Assembly (NCBI GenBank): GCA_035221665.1
Contig: CM069166.1
Coordinates: forward strand, 9,486,001 to 9,550,000
Length of the DNA stretch: 64,000 nt
Source of the DNA: Okamejei kenojei
Taxonomy: Eukaryota
Direction of reading: 5' to 3'
Shown here: positions 1 through 13,300 of the stretch, piece by piece
How the letters are laid out: each line of letters starts with the position of its first letter
How positions within the stretch are numbered: the stretch's first letter is position 1
Translations under genes and position numbers: made by a program
Notes under the pieces: generated by a model
The model's database searches: none
The model's input: the letters and a program-made list of their open reading frames with translations, nothing else
Told to the model about the DNA's origin: nothing

Positions 1-314
1 CTAAACTAGTAAACTAATCCCATTTGCTTGCATTTGGCTCATATGCCACTAAACCTTTCCCATCCATGTACACGTCTAAATGTCTTTGAGCATTTATATT
101 CCCTCTTTCTAACCTGTCCATCAACTTCACAAGGTCAGTTAACCCACCAACAGGGTTTAGGGAAGAAGACAGAGAACACTGGAAACCCACGTGGCCACAG
201 GGAATGTGCAAACTCCAGGAGATCAGCGTGCAAGAGCTTTGTGGCAGCAGCATCACATGCTGCTCCACAGGTAGCTTCTTAGCTGCATCTAATCATTCAT
301 AATTTCTATTATAG

Positions 315-445
315 ATGTTGGCTTGGACCACTTCATGAAGAAGATAGAGGCAGCGCATTGTGTGGCATGTGACCTTTTTATACCAATGCAGAATGCTCTC
401 CTTGCACGTCATCTGAAAACTGGTGACCATGGCTGGAACCGCAAG
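315..445 (+). CDS. AKAP8L: AKAP8/AKAP8L-family exon encoding the second AKAP95-type zinc finger (upstream exons lie outside the window)
   Basis: tag|AT...AAG|gtaagt; 131 nt, phase 1->0; translates xVGLDHFMKKIEAAHCVACDLFIPMQNALLARHLKTGDHGWNRK, matching the recalled AKAP8/AKAP8L 'KK(I/V)EAAHCxACD..IP.Q....HL...DH' finger. Not in the ORF track. Confidence 0.9.
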
Positions 446-1507
446 GTAAGTGGTAGAGAGATGGAGGGCGGATTTGAAGATCATTGATGTAGAAAACCAA
501 ATTGAGTTAATGTTTACAAAATAACATGGGGAAAGCACAACAGAAATGTTTTATTGTGATGTTATTTTCATAAGCCTAAATACATAAATTGATTATGAGC
601 AATTAAGCCAATTAGCAAATGATTAGGCCACTTGACCCTTGAATTAATCTCTGCCATTCAATAAGATAATCATTTGATTGCAACCTTGATCTCGACTTGG
701 GGTTACTTGCTGTAACTTCATCCTCTTTGCAAACCTATCTATCCTTCTGCCATAAAATAGATTCAAAAATTGTTTCCACTGTCTTTTGAGCGTTTGCTGC
801 CTAACCCATTGAGTTACTCCACTTTTATGTGGTGTTCTATGGTGCATAGAATTGTTATATCGCTGGTGTAACATTTGAGGTACATAGGAAGTCCATGAAA
901 ACCAATTATCTTCTCATATAGCTTCTAATTGAGTTTATTCTCCTGTTCCTGCTGATTTAATGTGCTCAGGTCTTGAACAACATTGCATTTTCATAGAACC
1001 TGATTTAAAAATAATGCCCTCTATGTACATTGGCATCAGTTAGGCCCCCTCACTTATCTCGGAAATCATTCTTATCTGGTTTACAATTATTTATTACTGA
1101 AATACATTATATTTTTTCCACTTATGTAGTACTTCCTTGAATTTGCTTTCTATGGGTTTCAGAAATTGGGCCCGAGTTTACCTGTAGAGAGGTTACAAAT
1201 TTAATTTTAGAATGGAATGTACATTTTATTCTCCTAAATGGAATAAAGTACCTCATAGCCCTCATCTGGGAGTGGCTTAGGTAAAGATATTGTCCAGCAT
1301 TTGTACACCTAAGATTCCAATATGGCCAATTCTATAATGTGAATTTATATAGTATTGGGGTTGGTCCTTTTCTTGATGTGCAAAGAAAATTAATACTTTT
1401 TATCTACTAATTACAAGATTCAAAACAATATAAACACAGAAATCTAATCATAAAGTAGCTGTCTTTGTTCCTGGCTTCTCATTTACCGTTCTTTGCTTCC
1501 TCGCCAG

Positions 1508-1603
1508 ATAATGTTGGAGAAAGCCAAGAAGGGCAGCCTAGTTGTCGCTCGGAGTGTCCTGAACAATCGCAACATTGCAGCAATGCTAGAAAAGTATAAA
1601 AAG
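1508..1603 (+). CDS. AKAP8L: AKAP8/AKAP8L-family penultimate coding exon
   Basis: pyrimidine tract+cag|ATA...AAG|gtacag; 96 nt, phase 0->0; IMLEKAKKGSLVVARSVLNNRNIAAMLEKYKK resembles the family 'SL.VA(R/K)S(I/V)LNN...LE(R/K)Y.K' segment. Confidence 0.9.
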
Positions 1604-1699
1604 GTACAGAGCTGGTCAAGTGTAATTTGGCTGCGTATTTTTATTGCTTAGATAAAAAGTAACATGTATTGATAGAAGGAACTCTTGGGTTATGTCTTC

Positions 1700-2110
1700 T
1701 ACTTTTGAAGCTTGTGGAGAATATTGTAGGTTTGTATCCGGTTGATCTCATGACCAGGCCTCTGATCTTGATGTTCTATGCCGGCCTCAACTCCTCTTCT
1801 GTGCCTATTCCCCAAAACCTTCAATTCCTCCATTTTACATGTATCTTGATATCAGGCATCCATTAAGACAGAGAATTCCAGAGATTCACAGCTCTCAAAA
1901 TATTTTTTATGCTGAGTCTTAAATGATCTGCCCCATTACCTTATAACTGTGCCTTTTCGCGATTCTCCCACTAGTAAACACATCTCAAATGTCAATCTTA
2001 TCAAACATACAAGGATCTTGTATGTTTGAATAAGGGGATTTGTCATTCTTTCCGAATTCCAAGGAAGACGGACCAAAACTGTCCGCCTTCTCTTGATAAG
2101 GACAGCCCTC
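1700..2110 (-). mobile_element. Old CR1-like 3' fragment in AKAP8L intron
   Basis: AGAGAATTCCAGAGATTCACA and degenerate ORF2 C-terminal remnants. Confidence 0.5.
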
Positions 2111-3204
2111 CTCGGGAATCTCATTCGGACCAAATCTTGGACCCAAAATTTGAGCAGATTTTCCAAACTTTCATGAAACATGTTTCATTATATTCATATT
2201 TCCTAAATAGTTTGTTATTTCATCCTTGATTACTGACTTGTGCATCTTGCCAATAGTGGGTGTCAAATTAACTAGCCTGGAGTTTGCTGATTTTTTTTTT
2301 TCCTCTTAATGAACAAGGGAGACATTACCTGTTTTGTAATATTTCAACCAATGGTCCTTGCCTCTGCAGCTGTTTCCTTTAAATCCTTGGATGCAGGCTG
2401 TTGAGTCCCAGCGATTGATTCTGCATAGCCACCGGTTCTGTTTTCTGTTGTTAATTCACCAGCCTCCTTCTCCTGAGCGATACCTCACCTATTTTAATTG
2501 CTGCCTTCCAATTTATATGTGGCAGAAACTGTGTTTTTGATATTACCTGCAATTTTTTTAATTAAAATCAGTTTCTGTCTTGGAGCTTTTAACTGCTGGA
2601 TCATTAAATTCCCAGTCCTCCGTCCTATAATCAGCCCATGCCACTTTGTCACCACTCTTCAATTCAACATAATCCTTGACCTCCTTTTGTTAACCACAGT
2701 TTGTGTGCCTTTCTCATGAGTTTACCTCAATTAGGGATACATTTTCTATTGATATTCATAAACCAGCTGTCAATATTCATCTACTGACCTGCCTCTTGGC
2801 TCCTGCTACCAGTTCACCTGGAACAATTCCACCCAATTTAAGTTGAAGTCGGTAGTTTTGGTCTTGTGGTATTCACCTTTAAACTACATCTGGAATTCTA
2901 TCGTATTGTGGTCACGACCTACGAAGGAATATTTGACCACAAGATGTCTGGTGCTTCCTCGTTACTCATAAATCCAAAATTGGTTTGTTCTATAATCTGC
3001 TGTTCCAAGAAGCAATTCCTGACACTCACAAATTATTGTTCTGCAAAACCCTTGCCGGTTTGGTTTGTCTAATCAATAAGTAGAAATCTCCCATTGCAAT
3101 TGCATGCCCTAGATATCTCCCCATTTGTGCTCCATCCAGTGGAGATATTGTGGTTTTACAGACTATTCCCATCATCTTTCCCTGACTTTATCTATTACAA
3201 TAGA

Positions 3205-3475
3205 TGACACAGTTGTGCTGTTGGTAGAGCTGCTGTCCCACAGCGACCTGGGCTTGACCCTGACCTTGGGTGCTGTGTGTGTGTGGAGTTTGCACGTTAT
3301 CCCTGTGACCTTGTGGGTTTCCTCCCACATCCCAAAGACGTGCAGGTTTATAAGTTAATTGGGGTCTGTAAATTGCTCGCTAGTGTGTAGGGAGTGGGAT
3401 AACATGGAACTAGTGTGGATGGTCGACATGGATTCAGTGGGCTGAAGGGCTGTTTCTATGCTTTATCTCTGAACT
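3205..3475 (+). mobile_element. HE1/V-SINE-like tRNA-derived SINE
   Basis: A/B-box-like head, TGTGGAGTTTGCACGTT..CCCTGTGACC core, GGGCTGAAGGGC LINE-derived tail. Confidence 0.8.
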
Positions 3476-4235
3476 ATCCACTGCCTCTGTATCATGATTC
3501 AACAGCACTCTGATACTTTGATCAACCATCTTGCCCTTCCTCCTCCCCCTTTTGGTAATTGTATTACTTGGAATATTGAATACCCAATCTTGGTCACCCA
3601 TAATGGCTATCAGATCATACTCTTGTTATCTATGCTGCCATCTATCTTATTGAAAATACTACATGCATTCTAATAGACACTTTGATTTTGTTTTGTATGT
3701 ATCTTGCTCTGTGCCATTTCCATTTTCTGCCCCAGCATGTTGCCCAGCCAACGTGTGCCAGAAATATGGGTTGAAAGGTGTGAATGTTAAAAATATAGAG
3801 ATGGCTTACAGATTGTGGAGGGTATATTTACCTCAATCCAAATGATTATATGTTTTGTTCCCAATGCTTTAGGTTTTATTTTGTTTTTAGCTTTTTAAGA
3901 GCTTTGTTACTTTTCTGGGTGCTGTCTGAAACTCCTTTCCTCAAACCTTCAAGTTTTGATCTTCATACAAGAAGGAATGCAATAGAGTAGTTTGAGTGAA
4001 TTCTACTTTTTTTGTCTAGATGATAGGTTCTGATTTTAGCTTAATCCAGATTTATTTTTTGGGGAAACATCTTAACATTTTCATAAATTCAGAAATGTGT
4101 GCATCTTTTGAGTTTTGTGATTATGGTGTGAAAAAGCATTTTTCTGTTTCTGGTCATAATAGAGCATTTGAACAGCTGACTACTTTGATCCTGTGGAGTC
4201 TAATCTGTTCTAATTAAAACACCCTCCTTTTCCAG

Positions 4236-4739
4236 GGTGAGAACCCATTCACTGATGAGGACAAAGACGAAGAAGATGCTGGCGATGAGACTGCTGAGGG
4301 CGAGGCTTTGAAAGATGCCTCCATGGATGTTGAGGCCAAAGAAGGGGAGAATGAAGATAATGACAGCACAGTTAGAATAAAGGAAGAAGTGGATGACCCG
4401 TTAGAAGAAAACATTGGGGATACGAGGAAAGAGGAGACTGGGGAGGGAGCTGGGGCGGAAGCATTGGATCGGGGTTCAGGGGAGGAGGGTGAGGCAGCAC
4501 TAGGGACTGACAGGGTGGAGACAGAAGAAAAAGGGCCTGAAAGGGAGACAGAAGAGAAAGGGCCTGGAAGTGAGACAGAAGTGGAAGGGAAGAGAGATAC
4601 TGAGGGAGAGACGGTGCACGCAGCAGAAAGGGCTCTTGGGGAAACAGAGGGTGTGGCAGCAGCAGAAGAGAGGGAGTTGGAATTGACAGCTGAAGAGGAA
4701 GATGAGATGCTGAAGGGAGAAGAGGAGCAATTGGAGTAA
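4236..4739 (+). CDS. AKAP8L: AKAP8/AKAP8L-family last coding exon, acidic C-terminal tail
   Basis: ccttttccag|GGT GAG AAC CCA TTC (GENPFTDED...), in frame with ORF 4308..4739, ends TAA; GENPF is the conserved family motif after the zinc fingers. Confidence 0.9.
   Translation, partial: GENPFTDEDKDEEDAGDETAEGEALKDASMDVEAKEGENEDNDSTVRIKEEVDDPLEENIGDTRKEETGEGAGAEALDRGSGEEGEAALGTDRVETEEKGPERETEEKGPGSETEVEGKRDTEGETVHAAERALGETEGVAAAEERELELTAEEEDEMLKGEEEQLE
4518..4595 (+). repeat. 27-nt coding tandem repeat (ETEEKGPxx x2 plus partial third unit)
   Basis: GAGACAGAAGAAAAAGGGCCTGAAAGG / GAGACAGAAGAGAAAGGGCCTGGAAGT / GAGACAGAAGTGGAAGGG. Confidence 0.85.
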
Positions 4740-4938
4740 ATTTTAGGCTGATTTCTGCAAACATGCAGGTATAATTCTATCCCATACCAATTATTGAGGT
4801 TTTTACTAGTTTAAGAATTTCAGTGTTTTTAACTTGCCAGTAGATTTGTGTTCACTTGCTGTATTTCAGTTTCATCCCATGTGGCTGACAAAGTCAAATT
4901 TTCTCTCATCTTCTCACATTTAATGTGAATTTTTTAAA

Positions 4939-4944
4939 AATAAA
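4939..4944 (+). terminator. Candidate proximal polyadenylation signal (AATAAA) of the AKAP8L-like gene
   Basis: AATAAA 200 nt after the stop, followed by GT/T-rich sequence; usage not verifiable. Confidence 0.45.
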
Positions 4945-7900
4945 TTTGGTTTCTGTAATGTGATTAATGTGGTATTCAATTGACCCTACAACGTTGAGGA
5001 CTGGCATGAAGTTTGTTTGCAGTAACCTATGCTTAAGTGATCTGTAACTTGTACGATCTGGTGTCTTGATTCTAAGCCACACAACGAAGAATTATTACCA
5101 TTTGGTCCATTAGAACAGTTGCTTAACTAAGATACTGGTTTTAATTTCTCATTTGGTTTGTGTACAGGTGAATTGTAAATATGCAGCAGGTAACTGGTTT
5201 ATTTTGTTATATTAATTAGCTTCTGCATGAAGGTGGGTGGCACTTTTGAGCATGTTGCTTTGCTTTAGATCTATAAATGCCATCATTGAAATTCATTGGA
5301 TTGGTTTGGGAGCGTAAATACTGCATTCCCACAGGGTTTGGGCTTCTTCATAACAGTAACCTTTCCTGGTGAATCTAAGCCTGACGTTATTGAATTTGCA
5401 CCTGTTTTCAAACCAAATGCAGATCCACTTGCCTATGAACCGTAGTGCTAGGTGATTCAAGTACACTTGAGTATTGAACAATGTTAAATTAAAAGCAGAT
5501 ATGGCTTAGCTCAGTTGGAATGTGTAGTTTAGCATTGTGTAAGCTGCAGAAAGTAGCAGCATTATTTCCCCCCTCCCTGATTTATTCTGCCCTCGCTTTT
5601 CTATGCTATAGCTTTATTTAGGCTACTTATATGTACTTGAACTTTTGTTTTCAATTTTATACACAACTGTAAATCAGTTTGTAGCACTGTCAATTAAAAC
5701 TTCCAATGTATCCTCAGTGTCTTGGCTTTTAAATATAATCTTTTCCTAATAATTGGTCTGCTTTAGTCAGACCATTACATGAGTGAGATTTTGCATTTGT
5801 AGTGTGAAAATAGTATTCTAGGTGCCTATTTAGCTGGTGCCTTGATTTGCACTTGCTATTTTTTGTCTTGAATAGCTTAATGATATATTTACATGGACCA
5901 AAAGCTTGGCTAATAGTTGATGGCTAATTTAAGGACATTAATAACACTGAGATAACTCCCATGTGGAAGTGGAGGCTCTTTCAGAGGATGAATATGGTCT
6001 TTGTACTGGAAAGAAATATTGGATCATAATTGAATCACGGGATGGCAGGGTTCCTGATTTAGCTGAAGTGAAATTGTATGGCAAAAGCAATCTTTCTAGG
6101 GCAGCTAGTCACTTTGGAAGGATATCACCTGTGTACACAATTTGAACATTGAACTGCCACAAATAAGAGTTAAAGATCTTGTCTAGTATTTTTAGTAAAA
6201 GCTTTCCCAACTTCATTTGTAAAAGACTAAACAAAAGTAAAGTTCAGGAGAGAGTTATAGTATAATTGGGAAGCCATTTCCTAATCATTCAGAGGTGAGA
6301 AGGTTAGAAACTGCAACATAACCTTTGTTTTGGATTATGGCGTAATCATCAGTGGAGCAATTTAAAATTGCAAGTACAGGTCACATCCTTACAAATTTTC
6401 ACTTAAGCAGGGTACTGTGTTCAAGGTCTAACATACTAAATTTACCAGTCTGAACATTTTTATTTTGGGTTTTGTTTATTTGGAGTAAATGATACACAAC
6501 CTTCAGTAACATGTACAGCAGTAACAGTTTATACCTCTGAGGCACCAGCTTCCAGTTTGGTTTGTTTAACCTTCAACAGTTTAAGAACAGAAGTTAGTGT
6601 GGAAAGTTGAGTTAACATGTGTTGTACACATCTTCCTTAGAAGCTTTACCATATACTAAATTTATAAATGACTCCATTACAAATCAGTAAATACAGCCCT
6701 ATACAGCTGTGTGCGCAATCAAGTTTACATATTTAAAAAAAATTATAAAATGCAGTGTCTACCTAATTACAAATGTGTTCCACTGACCCCAGCAACAGAA
6801 CAGGAACGGTGCAGGATACGAATAAGCAGCAGTAGAGACTAAAGTTTGAATTTCAAATATTTCACGCATCAAACCTGAGCACAGGAAATTTCACCATAGC
6901 TACTGAATTGTAGCTTACGATAGTATTTTAAAACCATGGACAACAGCATTCATTATACAATGATTAATCTCTACTGGTCCTCATTATGTACCAAGAGAAA
7001 ATGGCAGTTAGGATCATGCCCTGCAGCAATATCTATATACTGAGCTTTTCGGTTTAATCCCTCATCCAGCTAGAGTGTTGTCAAATATCTAAAGAAATCT
7101 TGCACCTTAATATGCAGGGTAATACTGAATGAAAACTCAGCCTTGAACATTAATGCTAGTCCTGTACCTTATTTCACTTTGGTAAAGGGAAGCTTCTAGC
7201 TTGAATGTGGCTATAGTTTGACCTCTTCCCATTAAAAAGAAACAACCTCCCTGGATGTCAAATGAATTTGACCTAGGATAGAGGAAGAAAGGTAATACTA
7301 CCCAATGCAAAGAAAATAATCCAAGCAGTACTCGCTTGTTTAGTTATGACAGTGACCATGATTAAGAGGCAAAAACATTAACACTTATCTAGATACTAAC
7401 CAGGAGCATATTAAAGCCATGCCGCAAGGATTCCATAGGGCATACCTTAGATCTGCTCCACTCTTTGTAGGGTTACATCTATATTATATCACGCCTAACT
7501 ACCCTTTACTATTTTATTCACCACATCTTGGTACAAACTAGGTCAAGAACTGCAGCTGACTACAGGAACTTAAACTATTTTACACCACGCAACAATTTAT
7601 TTTTACAATATCTCAACATGAATATCAGGCTAATGTGTTGACAATTTTTTCAAAAAATGTGTCTGTAGTGATCCTGGCTTCCATATAAAGGAGCTTGTCC
7701 AATACTTTATCATCCTGTGGCTGGCATCAGTGAAACACCTTAAGACCATGAATTAAAATTCCAAGTGTAAAAGTGACTTTTTAAACCTACAAAATACATT
7801 ATACAAAAGCAGAATGACAACCTTAACAGTACTGTGCATGGGGAGAGGAGGGGGACAATCAAAGGAATGGACTGAGTATCATCACACCTTCAGGGAAGCT

Positions 7901-10379
7901 TTCAATCCAGAGTTTCTAATCAGGAAAAATAAATAAATTAACCACAGTGTGCTACATTGATATTTAACAGATTAAAAGATTAGAAAAACAGCATCTGCAA
8001 CTGAACTGTTGCTTTGTGCACTTCAAGGTTGTACTTTTTCACATTTCCAACATCTGTTATTTTCCTTCCAACATATACCTGCCTCAAAGAAAATAAGCAC
8101 AGAAAGATAGCTCAAGTCACAGTTAATGCATCTTCATCCTACATGCCCAACCCCACCGCAGAATTTCAAGAGTTGACCTTGTGATCACTCAGGATTTTTT
8201 TTTTTAATGCTGCAAGTTCACCAAAATACAATTTATTCAAACTGTGATGGTCCATATGACGATTGCATATACTTCTTATTCTAGCTACTCCTGTTGAGAG
8301 TGAAAAATTGTTCTGGAATTTAGGAACCAGATGTTTTGGGCAGCAACAATATTCAGAGCATGTCCATTGGAAATGACACGCAAAGTTTTCTATTATAGTG
8401 TTCTTTTTAATTAAAAAAAACATTGTTCCAATCTGTATAACAGTGATAGCTACAAAATTGGAACTCTTGTACTGCAATTTCAGTCATAAAACAACTGCTC
8501 AACATGTAGATTAATTATCCTGGGTACTTTTACCATAATTTTAGCATTCAGGTATAGTCCCCAGATAAGCAGCATTTTACTGGTAGAAACTGGATGGCAA
8601 TGTAGTTTAACATTACATGTCTAGTCCCAGAACTACTGACCTCACACAGCATGTGGACTTTACTGCACGCACCTGTCTCGGGTAGAGCATGCAGATCAAC
8701 CGAACACAAAAACCCACACTTCCACAAGTTGTAACGGTTTGCAAGGATCTCCAAACTAAACAACCCAAGCCCTCCATTGATTTTCCACAGAATATGAGGC
8801 CTAAAGGAGTCACGTTTCTCTTCAGAATCTTAAAGCAAAATTAGCAGGGGAACTGGGAAAAGTGATACGGCATCACTCCAAGCAACATTTCAGAAACTTA
8901 CACGGGCAATTGTTCAGATTCACACCTGTGCATTTGGATAGCTCAAAAATCATGAATATTTCCTCAATTCATGGAAAGATTCATAGCAGGCAGATGCCCT
9001 AGACAATATATTTACTATTGCCGCAGATGTCCTAGCCCTATTTACAGTGCAGAACATTTCACTTAATCATGTTGAGGTAAAACAGGTCATATGAGGCCAT
9101 GCCCAATAACTCTAAGCAGCTATCCACTCATAATCTAACTGGCTAGCCCAACTGATTAAATGGCAAAGCCAGTGACCTCCATGTGGTTGCAGGAACATCG
9201 TATGGGTTCCTAATATATCTTGTTACTATCTGGTGTCCCGAGACAACCTAAAGTATTTTGTTTTGCTGGAGATGAGTTTCTCATACATTTTCTTGGATCT
9301 GGTCAGAGGATGTCAGCAAGTTAGTGAGCCATAGGAAACAAAGCCAAAGTGAGCATCAGCAAGAAGCCCACGATTTAAGTCTCCCAGGGGTTAACTATTA
9401 AATATGAAACCCTAACAAGCTTACAGACCAACAGTCTAGAGAGATTGGAGAAATCGATAAATCTGAACTTCCAGTCCAGAGTAAGCACTACACAACAAAG
9501 GCAGCTGAAAAGGATGCGGGGTCTGCATACAATTTTACATGATCAAAAATCAGACTGAAAAACAATCAGAACTACAACCAGATTACAAACATTCACTCAG
9601 GACTGCCGTGATGCACCGTGGATTGTTGGGTACATATCAACATTCCTCATGTGGCTATCCTTGTGGCATTCAAAGTGGAGCAGCTATGCAGAACCACAGA
9701 TTCTCCGGAGTACATTTTGAATAAGACAATTCACATTTTGAAAGGGGACAAAACAGTGAAATGATCAAGATAATTCCAAATCCCAACCAACATTGCTTCA
9801 CCAATTGCCTGGTAACCTAATTACTGGAATCTGTAAGCCACTCTACACCTACCTTCAAAAACACTCCTAACATTTACATCTGAGAATGTTTTGGGCCTCA
9901 TTCCATGTGATTTAAACATTACACAATTGGCTGTTGAACTCATTACTGATTGGTTTTATGTTAAAATTCCCATGTGTTCACCTCAAAAAATACTTTTCCA
10001 GCATACAGTATCAAAGTTTAACAAAAACAAAAACAATTAATGGGACTGCCTATTGTAATCTGGGAATTAACAAAAAACGTAAGGCTGCCCATCTCACTGG
10101 CTACAAACCCAGTTACTTAGTATGATTCACAAACTCAAATCACATTTCTGCTACTAGGCAAGAGGAGTAGAAGTATTGTTTGAAACAAACCTTCTGAAAT
10201 ATTACTCTGCTTTGGAAACGTTCATCTGCACAGACCGATCGTGCAGTACGTTTCTGCCAGAAGTTGGTGAACAAAACTGTAAAACCGATGATGGTTTTAC
10301 TCCATATCCTCAACACTCCATGCATTAAAAGGGAAATTAAAGCTGTGAAGCTGCAAGCTGCGCAAAATTCAAATTCACT

Positions 10380-10385
10380 TTTATT
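10380..10385 (-). terminator. Candidate WIZ polyadenylation signal (AATAAA on - strand)
   Basis: tttatt on +, about 3.5 kb past the WIZ stop in U-rich (minus-strand) UTR-like sequence; other candidates exist, e.g. 7596-7601. Confidence 0.4.
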
Positions 10386-13300
10386 GTGGTAGATGTAATA
10401 CTTTTTTTAAAAAAGGAGTGGGTTAAAATACAAAGGGTTGAGAATCAGTAATATTCAACAGCACATGCAAAAACAAGTTGGGGTACAGAATAAAAAGCAT
10501 TTTTATGAAGTTACAACTACATCAACAAAACAAAAAGCAAAATCTCATTATAGTAACCACCACCAGAGAAATCATTGATGTTACAACCCTAAGTAATTAA
10601 ATATTTGCACTACCAAAATATTATTCTCAAATACATTTCAGATTCTTGGAAGGCAATAGCAACCATGTTCAGAGTCAATAGCTGATTCCTTCCTCCACCT
10701 CTTCACTGATTTAGTCACAGAGTTTACCTCCCTGGAACAATCTTCAATTGCAACAACCAGGACAAACAGACACTGCCAACTACCCAAAAGTTTCCTTTAA
10801 AGTTTCAAGTAAAAGATAAACCACTCAATCCTACAAAGATTGACCATCAAAACTAACAGGAATAGATGGAAGAAAATAATTAATTATATTCAGAACGAAC
10901 AGTGAAGTAGGAGTGATTGACTTAACTCTTTCAAAGCCTCAGTACCAGGTCCAAACATTACTCTCTTAACATGCTGCTCTCCTAAAAACCATGTGACTGT
11001 TGAATCAACTCCCATGCCTTTGAATTTGATGGGAAGAGTTATTGTTGAAGCAGATAAAGATTTATTTCACACTGCCACTAAATGTGATCAGACCATCAAC
11101 AAGACTAGACATCTCAAAAGCCAAAAGAACGATCTGGTGGGCTGCTAACAATCAGATTACACAGCAAGCAAACTTCAGAAAAGAGGCAACTCCAAGTAAC
11201 GTCTCCCCAGGCAGCAAGACCCCCTGGTGACAAATTGGTATTAATGCCATAAGAGTTCCCAGTTGAGGAAGACTCATTTGAAATATAATCAAGATCTGCT
11301 CCATTTAAAATACTCCACACAAACCCAGTTTGAAAATACACAAACGACACAAAATGTTTTTATTTACTCCCTGGGTTGTTCTGGGAATGGACTGGGATTA
11401 CGAGGGAAAGACTGAGGTTCCTCCCAGCGAACAGGAGTAACCAAAATCCCAGGATTTATACAGGTGGTTGCGGGTTCAGACAAACTTAATAGCGGGCACG
11501 TAGAAACAATAACCGTGAATCTGTGCGGCTCAGGATCTGAGGAAGTGTGAGAAGTTTGCCAGCGGTGGAGCGCAGTGAAGGGTCTTGCCTCCATCTTGCA
11601 AGTACCAAACCCAAGGTGAAGGAGTGGCAGTGACAGTTTGGCAGTGAAGATGGGAAGTTCAGAACTAAAATTAAGAGGTTCCACACAATACTAAAATGAA
11701 ATATTCAAAATATATATTTTGTTACCAATACACTAAAAAACCCACAACAATAAACTACCCAAATGACCATCGGAAGGGGATTTACGTACAATGAATTTCC
11801 ACTGGTTCAATGAAGGGTTGTGTAAATGTGTTGAGACACAGTCCATTCTGGAAAACAAAATCATTTTCTGTGATACCCAACAACCAATTTCATAGCACCT
11901 TTGGTTATAAAGGTATATTTCAGTACACTCCAAGTTACAATACACAGTCACAGGAACAAACAGGTAACAAGATATTTTTTTTTTGGTCACAGAGTCCAAC
12001 TGCATTAGATGCATAGACCCACATCACAACACTGAAAATAGATAGTGATCACAAACAATAGGTTTTAATTCAAACAGTCAATAAAAACAAATCAACCATT
12101 TGTAGTCAGTCCACTTACAGATCAGAAGTGGTGGTTCTGAGACAGATTTTTTTTGTTTTGGTGGAGAGAGGAAAGAGAGATTTGAATTTGACGAATATCT
12201 TTCTAATGAGCAGCCTTGAGAGAACTCCCTCCCCTTCCTCCCCACAGCATCATTACCTGGCTTGCTAAAGGACCAGTGGATGGTGGATCACCCCAGCAGC
12301 AGGGAGATCTGTTCGATGCACAACCGATGGAGCAGGCAGGTGACCCTGCTGGCAGGCAGGCAGCAGTGGCTGGGCTGGTTCCTGTGGGAGAAGCTTGCAT
12401 CTATCTGCTCGTCAGACACAAGGTGACAAGGGGTCCACGGACGTGAAAGGGACCACAAGAGATTCAAGGACCTGCTTTACACTTCGCTAAAATCAAACAT
12501 CATCCAGCACACGTACAAGACGACAAAAGGAAAAATAAGGCATCTGTACAGTACAACTATCAAGTATACCTACATCTTTCTGCGCAAATGCACTGCCACT
12601 TGGTGACCTAAACACATTAAAAGCAAATAGCCCCTTCGCTAAATATTAAAATTGCAACTAAATTCTGAAACATCTATGACCAAAATGCGAAATTAGTGGC
12701 TTGGACTACGAGGAATAAACGTCCCCCTTTTGGACTCGAGTTGCCCCCCCACCCACACCCCACCAACCCTCACAGCCACATGCTGGTTAGTCGAGAAACA
12801 GAATTGTGTGACTCGATCCACACGTGGCAGGAGTGAGGCAAAATACACAACTGTGGGAGGAGGGATTCTGTTTCAAAGGCTTTCCGGCCTAATGGAAGCA
12901 GAAAGCAGGTTTCCTGCATGCGGACATACCAACATTTCAGGCAGACTGTGAAACTGAAGTACTCCGTATTGCCTTTGAGCAGGGATTGATGTATACATAG
13001 CTGTCTGCACTCTTCCATCTGAAGAGCCCATTGTAGCACGTCACCCTTTCAGATCCGGACGGAATTGCTGTTCACTCTGCTGGAGAACCCACTGCCCACT
13101 TTTGGACTGGAGGCTGGCAGCAATGCAAGTGAACCACCCCCCCTCCGGGCTATGTTCCAGATATGCCAGTGGATGCACCTCAGCCTTTGACATCATGCCA
13201 GGCAGGACCAGGTGACCTGTGCCTTGTATCCAAACCAGCACAGCCCCCTTTCACTCACTACAGCAATGGCCACGTCCACACCTCTGCTTCACAGCTGCCT

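Noticed and set aside
4214-4764. Minus-strand ORFs opposite the acidic exon
   Set aside because: Shadow frames of a purine-rich coding exon.
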